Source: Ramazzottius varieornatus (lineage: Eukaryota > Animalia > Tardigrada). From it: a stretch of DNA of 64,000 nucleotides. Each line of letters starts with the position of its first letter. Position 1 is the stretch's first letter. Positions 12,045 through 22,758 of the stretch are shown one piece after another. The stretch spans positions 831,620 to 895,619 of the forward strand of contig BDGG01000004.1 in NCBI GenBank assembly GCA_001949185.1, given 5' to 3'. Both the position numbers and the translations under genes were made by a program. The notes under the pieces were generated by a model that was not told the DNA's origin, ran no database searches, and worked only from the letters and a program-made list of their open reading frames with translations.

Positions 12045-13380
12045 TCAATGGGAACGATTCGGTTCGTTGAAGACGACTGGAGTAACAGCCAAGTACTTGC
12101 AAAGCTGGGCTGGAATGTTAACCAGACAGACTTCGTACGGAACAAATTCCTGTGGGCCGGCAGAGTAGTTGACCAGGAAGTCCAACTCGTGCAGAGCGGA
12201 AGCGACAAGCTGCTTCGGCTTGTGGGCGATGATATTGATGGCACGAATGTCCTCGGAGAGCTCCATGGCAGAGTAGCCTGGCTGAACAATCTCGACATAG
12301 CTGCCTCCGTCCTCCTGTGCTTCCTAAATCATCACGTCGATCCAACAAAACTGGTACTTGCTAGTCGAGAACCAAATAGTCTACCTGATGCATCCCGTCT
12401 TTGCTTTTCCGTGAATTTGCTAGTTTCTTTTCCTCCACTTTCTGGAAAACCTCCTAAAACTCCAGAATAAGAATCCATTTCGGCCTTTCGAAAGATTTCA
12501 ACAGTGGATCGGTCACAAGAAACATACCTCACTAGGGGACATGGACATTTCGAAGTTCTTCTCGATGAGACTGATCTCATGAGCCTCTGCCAGCTCCTGT
12601 TTCTTCTTGGCTGAAGAGCTCTTCAGCAACCTCTTTCCCCTCTTGCCGCTGCTGGGCCTTTTCTTCGGAGACAACTTCTTACTTTGCGGTTCATTCTTCT
12701 TCTTCGTCCTCTCTTCTTGTCTTTCTTCGAATTCCCGAATGGCCTCTTTGCTCCCTTTGAGCAGACTCTTGGGCTCCCAAGTCAGCGGCCAATCTCCCAC
12801 CCACTCGACGTGATAACCAAAATCCTTGTGCTCCTTCAGCCACTTCTTACCCACAATTCTCTTGACTTCCCAACTTCCTTCAGAAGCTGGAGATGATGAA
12901 TCTGACCCTGTCTCTTTTTCTTTGGCCTGCGTAGACGTGCTGCCAGCCTTCGCTTCTTCCGTTGAGTGAGACCTTGACCGTGGGCGTAAATTCTTCTTGG
13001 AACTGGCTTGCTCTGCTCGGGGAGGACCCGTCGTTACTGATTTTCTTTTACGATTCTGCTTGTCCGAAACACTTGAGTCTGAAACCCGAAGTAAGGCAGT
13101 TGATACATTCCACATCTGATTTATTTCACTATACTGTGATACCTCGGCTTCGGTCATTTTCACTTCCGGTGGCGCTGAAGACTGGGAGAATTTTAGCGAC
13201 GACTTGATCTTTCGCGCGACGATTTGGTTGTGTAATAGTTTTCCGTGCTTGCGGTGCTGTCAGCAGTGGAGCTCCGTTCAACTTCTGCGTGACAATGCGA
13301 GTACTAACCGGTAGCGCATTCAGAACGTTTGGCCTGGTTGAGGAGCGTTCTTCTACAGAATACTCCGGTTCGGAGTCCAT
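12045..13380 (-). CDS. Divergent HP1-like protein (chromodomain, basic hinge, chromoshadow-like domain)
   Basis: WEVKRIVGKK...YHVEWVGDWPLTWEP chromodomain; K/R-rich hinge; LDFLVNY...EFVPYEVCLVNIPAQLCKYL resembles a chromoshadow domain; start position uncertain (ORF open to 13857). Confidence 0.75.
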
Positions 13381-13983
13381 CCTCTGAGGGAAATTCCGGA
13401 CGGCGCCACGCTCTGTCAACGGATGGTCCGGACCTACAAAGACAACATCAAGCTTGGGATACTCCTCCAGAGTCCTGGGCGGAGGTGATAGCAGTCGGCA
13501 CTGAAGGATTCGGTAACCAGGAGTTATCGGAACGGAAATGGACGAAGAACGAGCTGCACTGCAGTCTGCACTCTGCAGGACACGGCCGCCACAATCCGGA
13601 AAGTAATTTTGGGCAAACACCGCAGGAGGGCGAAAGTTTACGGCGAGGGACGGCGGGGGGATCACTACAGTACAGCACGGATCAGTGTAGTGCTGCTGAA
13701 CCTCGTGTGTATCTGAGTACGGTGAGCCAAAATACGCAATAACTGAGACGTGAGTCAACAAAAACGGCGTGACGATGACTGGTGACGTGAAGGTCAACGT
13801 ATCGAACCCGAAAATGGTGCTTTTCGGGACCACGAGACAGGACAAACACTGAATCAATCGACGTGTGATACTGTTGTGTCTCGAATCATAAGCTACTTGG
13901 GTGGTAGATTGACTGATCTGGGAGTTCAGCCAGATTTACAGTAACAAGGACGTATTGAGGTTGGCGGAACACTATCGCAAACT

Positions 13984-14074
13984 TAGCAGATCCGCAATTT
14001 TTTTCTACAATACTGCTCAAATTGCAGATCCGCAATAAATTTTGCCTTAAAGTCGGAAAATTGCAGATCTGCAA
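13984..14074. repeat. Palindromic-motif array TTGCAGATC(C/T)GCAA, 3 units, period 38-39 bp
   Basis: Units at 13984, 14022 and 14061 with unrelated spacers. Confidence 0.85.
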
Positions 14075-14393
14075 TATTTTTTCCTTGAAATTGTTTTGGA
14101 GTGCTGGGGGCAATTTCGGTACTCTTAATGATATTTATTCCTGCTGTTGAACTGATAGTTTGACGAGGAAGTCTTTACAGACTTACTCGGAAAAAGCATA
14201 CGGTCGCGGTACCCTGAATTTCGGGAATTGAGAGGTGACAGTTGGGTATTTTGATGGATACAAACGTGTGAAAATTAAATAAATGGCAAAAAGTTAGGAG
14301 AAATTAAGAGCAAAAGCCGGCATCTGTACAAAGGAAATATAGATGGCGACGTCGCTAGCTCCAGTCTCACCTGTGCAGTCGCTGTACTTCGCC

Positions 14394-14722
14394 CAGAGAG
14401 CATAGATTACATAGAGGAACGCGTACATACGTACACGCCTGTCTTTCAATAACACAAATCATACAATCATTGCCGGACTAGCTTCCACTGAAGGCCGTGC
14501 TGAAATGTATGACTTTGGGAGGTTCTATTTCTTCCGGCGTAACCCGGTGGGCCAGCCGTGCGAGCCAGACCCGTCGAGCTAATCACGACTCTGCCAAGGC
14601 GTGGCCTTTCTGTGTATTAGACCAAGGGTAGTCTTCATTAGTACTGATGAGTGCCTCTACCGTTTCCATGTTATGCGGCTCTAAGGTATACAGAGCGGTT
14701 CCTCTATGTAATCTATACTCTG
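14394..14722. mobile_element. Non-autonomous DNA transposon/MITE with about 24-bp TIRs
   Basis: agagcatagattacatagaggaac (14397-14420) vs gttcctctatgtaatctatactct (14698-14721), 1 mismatch; flanks cttcgcc/cttcgcg resemble a TSD. Confidence 0.75.
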
Positions 14723-14819
14723 CTTCGCGCATGAGCGTGCTAAAATTCAGCTCTATCACCCCTTCGAAGTCAGTTTAGAACCACCTGCGCCTCCTGTAAT
14801 TCCAAAAAAATTCCAGAAA

Positions 14820-14950
14820 TTGCAGGTCCGCAAATTCTGAAAAATACCTTCTCCAGAATTGCAGATCTGCATTTTTCTCAGAGTCCGTCTTAAAAAATTG
14901 CAGATCCGCAATTCTTAAACCCGAAAACTTCCGCATTTGCAGAATTGGCC
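14820..14950. repeat. Palindromic-motif array TTGCAG(A/G)TC(C/T)GCAA, 3 full units plus 1 partial, period 39 bp
   Basis: Units at 14820, 14859, 14898 and 14937 (partial). Confidence 0.85.
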
Positions 14951-15446
14951 CCCCTCAATACGTCCTTGTACAGTAATCAGGCCTTACGTCGTTGCTAAAT
15001 CCAGCCCCTATTGCGCCCGGACGAAGTCGATCAAGGACGTGATCATGAGTTTTGCTCTCCAGCAACACGAAGTTTAGCAGCACATCAGTGGAACAGATAC
15101 CCATTCTCTTGACATGAATCAGCCTGAGCCGGGTGAGTCCTGAGAGGATTCCGCCGTCACCCCTGGGGAGCATCTCTTCGCAAACGCGCTTTTTCCGTTG
15201 ACCGTTTGCATCCCCTGGATTGTTGATTGCGTCTCGAACTGTAGCTGGCCTCGCTGGGAGTGGGACTGGGAGATTTGTCCATCTATGACTTTTGTTTCCT
15301 TCTCGAAATCGAAAGTCATTCTCGAAGTAGTTAGTAGTGCAGTCCTGTTCGTATAGTACCTTATCCTTGTGGCCTCGCTAGAACGTGTGCTTCACTGTAA
15401 CTGCATCAAAACGAACGGGACGCATTAAAGCTAGACGCGCTCGCAA

Positions 15447-16981
15447 ATGGAATCGACGTGTGCGACGTTGACAGGACAATTTTGGAGTTGCCAATCCACC
15501 TTGCAGGCGGTTCAGCAGCGATATCAAGCGTCTCTTCGGAAAGCCGACGTTGGCTGTTCAACTTTCGACGGTTCCGGTCTTCTGGTAGACGAACTAAAGA
15601 GAGGGGCTCATCGAGCGAGTGAGCTGTTATCTACCTTGGAGCAAGACACTAAGGTGTGAGTTTTATTTGGGTCCGTTTATTACCACCCCGGGTATTTCCC
15701 ATTCCCGATAATTGCTGGACGGGGAAAATTTAACTAAACTGAACACCAAGTTTTTGATCAGTCTCGTAAGGTGTTCATGTAAGATTTCTGGTTTTGTTGC
15801 AGATATTTGCTGACTTGGTGAGCATCATTGAGGCCCTGGAAGCGTCACAAGAAAAGAATGTTCTAAAGCTGATGGAGCTGCAGCAAGAAAACGGGGATTT
15901 GAAAGAAGAAGTCAACACGTTAAGGGGACGACTGACCACCGCGGAGCAAAGTGTTGTCCAGCTGGAAACCGAGAAAGCTCAGCTGGAATTTCTCCAAACA
16001 CTTCCCTCTCACGACAGAAGATCAGGTCATTCGTCGACCGATGTGAGAAGTTCAACGACGCTCTAAAAAGTAAATGCTGATATTTATCGGAATTTTGCTA
16101 TGATTTCAGGTTGACAAGATACTGGAAACACCGATGGACAAAATAGCCGTTGCTGACCGACCAATTCCCCTGTCCTTACTCAACAGTGGTCGCCGTGGTT
16201 CAGCAGAAGTTAGACGGCGTGTTCTACCTTTCCGGATTCGTGACAGCGAGGAGCGGGAAACGAAGAGTCCAGGGATACCTCCCACAGCGTTGAACTACAC
16301 TGTTCTTAACGGCTCGATAGACGGCGAAGATCTCGATGAACTCGGGGACAAGCTAAGCTGGTACGAGTCGATCATGCGCCAACTTCAAGAGATCCTCGGC
16401 GCTGAACTTGACGATCCGGACATTACTTACCACGAAGAAAGCAACAAGATTGTCGAGAGAGCCAAACGGATGATCGAATATCGCGAGATGATTCCTGCCT
16501 ACGAAGTAAGCTCGTTTTCTGGCCGTTTCTCAATCTTGAAGTACATGCGATGTTTTTTTTACAGCAAAAGATCGACGAACTGCAGAAGAAGAATGCGCAG
16601 CTACTTCGGACGCAGGATGCCGTACGGAAGAGTATCAAAGAGAATATCAACCTTAGTTCCCACTCACAACCCGAATCGAGGGACTCTTCCTCAACGCGAC
16701 TTCTCTCCACATCTAACCTCTGCAACCCTAGTATCAACCTTCCCAGCAACTCCTTTCGAAGGAAGAACAGTAGGTAAGTTCTGCTGATTTTTATTCAACT
16801 TTGACTTGGTTTTACTGTCCAGTGCTCTTGCTTATAGTTTTTGATTCGTTCCTACTGTCTGAAAGTTGGAACCGTTTCAAAGTTTTCAACATTATCAGTT
16901 TATTGCGACAAAGTTTTCTTCAGGTGTTCGTATACGATTCGTATTATGAGAGTCAGCAATGTCGAATCAAGAACGGCATGA
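15447..16981 (+). CDS. Uncharacterised coiled-coil protein, multi-exon
   Basis: Spliceable exons 15447-15654, 15813-about 15997, about 16110-16506, 16565-16772 and 16924-16981; heptad-rich LKLMELQQENGDLKEEVNTLRGRL and QKIDELQKKNAQL; last exon inferred. Confidence 0.6.
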
Positions 16982-17065
16982 AGAGAACGAAATATCTGCG
17001 GGTGCTCAAAAAGCGCAGCCCAGAATGTACATGGGTTCTTCAAGAAAATTTTGCAACTGGGCTTT

Positions 17066-18211
17066 CTAGTAATACTCTTGCTTCTTCTCTTCCTTCTTGG
17101 GGTAGCTTTCCTTCTTTTCTCTATAGGCGACGACCTCAACGACGAGCGCCGGTGGCTTCTTCATGGGCTTGTCCTTGGCATTGTAGGCCTTCACCGAGTA
17201 CTGGGGTTCTTCGTAAGTTTCGGTGGTGGTCTTGTATTCTTGCTTTTTGTATTCTGGCTTCTTGTAGACGGGCTTCTCTTCGTACTGGGGTTCTTCGTAA
17301 GCTTCGGTGGTGGTCTTGTACTCTTGTTTCTTGTAGACGGGCTGTTTCTTCTCGTACTTGGGCTTCTCCTCTTCGTATTGGGGCTCTTCGTAGGCTTCGG
17401 TGGTCGTCTTGTACTCCTGCTTCTTGTACTGTTGCTTCTTCTCGTACTTTGGCTTCTCTTCCTCGTATTGTGGTTCCTCGTAGGCCTCCGTGGTGGTCTT
17501 GTACTCCTTCTTGTACTCGGGTTTCTTGTAGGCCTTGGTGGTTTCATATTCCGCCTCCTGTTCGTAGGCGGCCTCAGTGGTGTACTTCATGGGCTTCTTG
17601 TAGGCCTTGGTGGTGTATTCTTCGTAGGACTCCTCTTCCGGTTGCTCATAGGCCATGGTGGTGGTCTTGTACTCCTTCTTGTAGGGCTTGGTGGTCTTGT
17701 ACTCTTGTTTCCTGCAACAGTGCAAACATAATTACCACTGTAGCTGGACGACCCAAAGCCTAAACAGGAATGAGTTCAATTGTGGGAGAATTGGCTTGAC
17801 ACGATTACTTTCCATGAAATGATCTGGACAAAAATTCCAGGAGAAATATGAACAGGCAGGGATGTTGGACTTACTTGTAGGCCTTGGTGGTCTCATACTC
17901 CTCATACTTTTCGGGCTGTTCGTAGGCCATTGTAGTGGTCTTGTACTCCTTCTTCCTAAAAGCACAAAAAACGTGCCAGTCGGCTCGTTCACGAGAACGG
18001 ATAATAGTGGAGTTCTCAGGCGTTGATATAAAATCTTCGAGAGTACTTACTTGTAAACCTTCGGAGCGACGTATTCCTCTTCTGGCTGCTCGTAGGGCTC
18101 TTCTTCTGGCTGGTAAACTGCTTTCTTCGCCTCCTTGTATGTACTGGCGGCCTCGGAGAAGACGACCATACCGACGGCCAGGCAGAGGGCGGATAAAACG
18201 AAATGCCTCAT
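17066..18211 (-). CDS. Secreted Tyr/Lys/Glu/Thr-rich repetitive protein A (3 exons: 18211-18051, 17955-17875, 17711-17066)
   Basis: Signal peptide MRHFVLSALCLAVGMVVFSEA; repeats YKKQEYKTTTEAYEEPQYEEEKPK; canonical GT-AG junctions keep the frame. Confidence 0.88.
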
Positions 18212-19223
18212 GGTGGATGATGGGAAGTTGCGAATTCGGAAGAAAAATAAAACTGTCCTCGATTTGGCGAAGGACAGCGGAGTGAAGGACTGTGAAACGG
18301 CGAACCGACAGAGAAACGAAAGGAGGTCAATAAGAGGGAAATTAGATCAACAAACGTCGAGAAAAAACTGAAGGAGTGACTACACTGAATTACGAGACTT
18401 TGGTTAATTGCCGCTGCTTTTATTGCGAACCCGGAAAACCGTCCAGTGGATGGCGGGAGTAATCCTCACCCGTTCACGGTCATCTGCCAGTTGGCATCCA
18501 TTTATCTGACGACACCGCGTGAAACAGGCATGTAGCTAAAGTTTCAAGGTGTTACGTATGGTTTTGTTTTTTCTGGACGCTGTTGTTCCACGAACAACCG
18601 GATAACGTTACGCCAGCTCGATGAATATATATTCTTGCCAAAACCAAATTGCATAATTTGAACTGGCCATGAACGTTCAACTGTCCACACCAGTTTTTGT
18701 CTGTTGCGCAAAACTCGGCGGCCTGGGTCGTTTTGAGGTTTCCTGGTGAGACTGAGACCCTTGAACTCTGGGATGACAATCTCTACGGATCTTTGCATAC
18801 ATCGAGATTCCACGCTTAGGAGCGTCGAAACCATGGTTCAGAGATCGAACTTCCTCTGAATTTTAGCCATGCACCAACTTCCGGGTCGCCGCGCTTTGGG
18901 CAGTCAGCAGGTGCGTCTCAGGCTTTCCTCTTTCACTACGATCGAAACTCCTGAAGCTGCAGTATACATCTTAAACCCCACATTTTTTCAAGTCGTGAGC
19001 TGAATTTTTCCGTGTAAGTATTCGTTTTACTTCAAGAATCAATAATAAGAGCGCAAGAGTGAGGGGAGCGGTTTTGTACAGTAAAGCTGCAAGGAAAAGA
19101 AGGTAGTAGGAATCAAAAGAAAAGAAGAAAGAAAACAGGAAAGTTAGGGTAGCAGGTAACGTAAGAGACAGGAAAGAGAAGCTCAGAAATTAGAAAGATA
19201 AGGGGATACGGGATGGATAAGCT

Positions 19224-20822
19224 TTAAGCACCGTAGTATGGCTGGTGCTTCTTTTCGATGATCTTGACCACGACATCGGTGTGGTGGGTCTTGTTCTGGT
19301 GGATGGTGATGACAGGTGGTGGGACATAGGCTGCTTGGTAGTAGGCAGCAGGAGTTTCGTAGGCCTTGGTCTCTTCGGCATAACCTTTAGTGGTCTGGTA
19401 CAACTGCTTCTCGGCGTAGACGGGCTCCTTCTTCTCCTCATAGACGGCTCCCGTCATATTGCCGTAACTTCCATACGAAGGTACCTCGTACTTTTCCGTT
19501 GTGGTCTTATACTCTGGTTTCTTGTACTCTTGCTTTTTCTCGTATGTTGGCTCTTCATAGGATTCGGTAGTCGTCTTGTACTCTTGCTTCTTGTATTCTG
19601 GCTTCTTGTAGACGGGCTTCTCTTCGTACTGGGGTTCTTCGTAAGCTTCGGTGGTGGTCTTGTACTCTTGTTTCTTGTAGACGGGCTGTTTCTTCTCGTA
19701 CTTGGGCTTCTCCTCTTCGTATTGGGGCTCTTCGTAGGCTTCGGTGGTCGTCTTGTACTCCTGCTTCTTGTACTGTTGCTTCTTCTCGTACTTTGGCTTC
19801 TCTTCCTCGTATTGTGGTTCCTCGTAGGCCTCGGTGGTGGTCTTGTACTCCTTCTTGTAGGGCTTTGTGGTCTTGTACTCTTGTTTCCTGCAACGGAAAA
19901 ACATGATTATTGTCACAGCGAAATAGTGTGGACTAAAATGGAGTTTTTTGGGGGAATGGCCGGACACGCAAAGGTGATCGTACTTACTTGTAGGCCTTGG
20001 TAGTCTCGTAGCTTTCTTCTTCCTCGTAGGGCGCTTCCGTTGTCTTGTAGGGTGCCTTGTAGGAAGCCTTCTTGGCGGGCTTGTAGTACTGAGGCGCGGT
20101 CTTGTATGTCTTCGTGGTGGCGTAGGCCTCTTCTTCTTCGTACGGTAATTCCTCTTCCTCATCGTAGCCCATCGTGACGGTCTCGTACTTTTGCTTGTAC
20201 GTCGCTCTGCAAATGAAATAATGCAAAATTACAAAATTGGCTTTAAGATTCGGTATCGCAAGAATGTAATATGACACATGATGTAGGTTTACTTTTTGGG
20301 CGCATAAGTGACAGCTTTCTTTGCGTAAGCCTTTGTGGTCTTGTACTCCTCAGGCTGATACTCTTCTTCCTGTTCGTAAGCCGCGGGAGTTTTGTAGACC
20401 TTCTTTGGTGTAGTGTATTTCTTCTCTTCCTTCTTGTAGGCTTTGGTCTCGTACTTCGTGCCTTGATCGTCGTCGTCCTCGATGTACTTGATGGCGTCCG
20501 CATTGTCCTTCTTCTGGGCTCCGTAGGTAGGCTTGGGAGCTGGGGCGTAAACGGTCTTCTTGTAGGTCTTGGCCGGGGTGTAGCTGTCGTCGGCTTCCAC
20601 CTCAGCTGGACCTTCGCTGTAGGTCGTCTCCTTGTACTCCATCAGCTTGCTGCAGTTGCACTTCTTCTTGTAATCCTCGATGGTGTAGTCCTGTCCGTCC
20701 TCACCGGCAATGTGTGTGCTGTTCTTGTACATCACCTTCTGGTAGGGCTTGCCTTGCGAAAGGCTGATGGCGACCACGAAAAGAAGTGCCACAGAGTATG
20801 ATACGAAGACCGACTTCCGCAT
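19224..20822 (-). CDS. Secreted Tyr/Lys/Glu/Thr-rich repetitive protein B (3 exons: 20822-20293, 20206-19988, 19887-19224)
   Basis: Signal peptide MRKSVFVSYSVALLFVVAISLSQG; a CNC motif; same repeat unit as protein A; in-frame splicing. Confidence 0.9.
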
Positions 20823-22250
20823 TGTGGCTCCTCACAACACAACTGCGCGCAAAACCGTACTGAGGATTCCACAAAGACAAGATGACTTAACACACTGTAA
20901 AATACCGGAACCAGGAAATGAAAGAATCCGTAGAGAACAACTTTTATGAGTTTAGAATGTCGACAATTCGATCGCTTCGTTACATGATCTTCCTCAAGGT
21001 TTGCATGCGGAATATTCCACAGACCAAGTTATCACATAGGAAGAATATTGTGTAACTCTTACAACATCCTTTGGCAACCTGACAGAGGAAGAATGCGGTG
21101 CGAAAAGGCACAACGCATCAGGCGAAAAGGCGCGAGGCACTGATCGTGACGAGACTTTGTCCTGGTGGCTGTTTTTTCGTCGTTCTTTGAACGCGTAATT
21201 CGAGTGCGTGGGGCAGATATGCTAATTAAGTCACAAGCGACGTTCGATGAAGAAGCAGATTCCGGCGCGGCTTCCACTTTTGTGGGTTAACGCTGTCGAA
21301 ATACACTCCATATCTGTACCGAAGACCAAAAGCTGGCATTCACGCCAACCAAGGACTGACAGCACCTTGAAACCTGAACGGTGCACCGTCAAGGTCGTAA
21401 AGTACCGGATATCTCGACCGAGTTCCGATCCCGTCAGTCCTTATCGGAAACTCTGCTAGTCCGTAAATCCAAGCTCACGATCTTTCGCTCGATGGACATA
21501 CTCTCGCCCCATTTCGCCAGAATTCGAAGATGTCCATGAAGGTGGTCGCTCCCAGCTGCAGCAGACAAAAACACCCTTTTTACTGCATTTTTGGAAGTTT
21601 ACTAGTCTTTTCGAAACCATCAATTCCTCACCATCTTTTAACGTCTAAACGGGATAAACTACCCAAACACACAGATTCGAACGATGCATTTGCTTTACGA
21701 GCCAGCTCAGAAATCTTCCGAAATCCGAATAATCTCTTCCCGGGTTATGTCTCAGCCGCGTCATGAAGCCCTTACGAATGACCCTGCACATTCTGGCAAG
21801 TCTTACGCTAGCTTGTTTCTGTTTGCATGTCGCAGATGCGCAGGATCCTGCAAGACCGACGGGAACATCTGCTAGAGATGCGATGATAAAATATTGATAG
21901 TTCCTAATCAAGTTAGGTTAGCGCAGCGTTCGGTTTCCCCTTAACCAGTTAACGAGGTACGAACCGTTCGCGATTAGATATCTGAACTCTTCTCGGTGAC
22001 CTTCAAGTATCTTTACGAACGTCTAAGCTATTTGCGGAAGCCACACAAAAATAAAGCGCAAGGTCTGTTTCGCGAAAGTGTTCATAAAAAGCCGCGGGAA
22101 GCTCGCTTGACTGAAATAAGGAGATAAGGTGGAGCACTTACTACGACCGAAGGATGAAAGTCCCTTTATACCTACACCGTCAGAGAAAGACAAGGCTGTC
22201 TCTTTCATAGCTTCAAGCTTTTCCAGCGTCGCACTGTGTTATTTCTGAAA

Positions 22251-22544
22251 ATGGCGACCGCAACAGTCACGTATTTCATCATACTTCTTGTGCTATTTTC
22301 CGCGGTTCTCCGAAGCACACATGGCGAAACTTGCTCAGGGATTTGCGCATTTAACGGCAACACCTGCTTGAATGGCGGAACCTGCAAGAACTACCAGTGC
22401 TGTACCAACTCCACCACCGCTTGCGGCACCATCCCCTGCTTCCGACCTGGTCACAAATGCCTCAAGTTCCTCTTCGTCCATCTCGGAACCTGCACACCAT
22501 GCGAGACCTCGAATGGAATCTTCAAGAACTTTTGCAAGAAATAA
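22251..22544 (+). CDS. Small secreted cysteine-rich peptide (97 aa, 12 Cys), intronless CDS
   Basis: Signal peptide MATATVTYFIILLVLFSAVLRSTHG, then ETCSGICAFNGNTCLNGGTCKNYQCC...FCKK; AATAAA near 22732. Confidence 0.8.
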   Translation: MATATVTYFIILLVLFSAVLRSTHGETCSGICAFNGNTCLNGGTCKNYQCCTNSTTACGTIPCFRPGHKCLKFLFVHLGTCTPCETSNGIFKNFCKK

Positions 22545-22758
22545 TTTGCTTCATTGCCTTATTCTAAGCTTTTCATTCTAACCACCTACTCTTTCACAAG
22601 CTACAGTTTATGTGCCGCAATATCATTGATACTGTAGCTCATACGTTCTGCTCTTGTCGAACGCACCAGGATGAAGTTCAATAGTCTGAATTTTATGGCG
22701 ATAGCTGATAAGATCACCTAGCTAGGACGAAAATAAAATGTCATCCCATCGTGAGGTG

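Noticed and set aside
13381-13857. Separate 242-aa gene (ORF 13129-13857)
   Set aside because: Non-ATG start; its 3' part splices in frame into the HP1-like gene, and the 5' part has no recognisable coding signature
13984-14950. CRISPR array
   Set aside because: Repeats are only 14 bp with 3-4 units per block, there are no cas genes, and the context is an intron-containing eukaryotic genome
16801-20801. Long hydrophobic or Cys/Arg-rich + strand ORFs (16801-17763, 17051-17731, 19245-20003, 20271-20801)
   Set aside because: Antisense shadows of the repetitive Tyr/Lys/Glu coding sequence; the minus strand carries the signal peptides and splice sites
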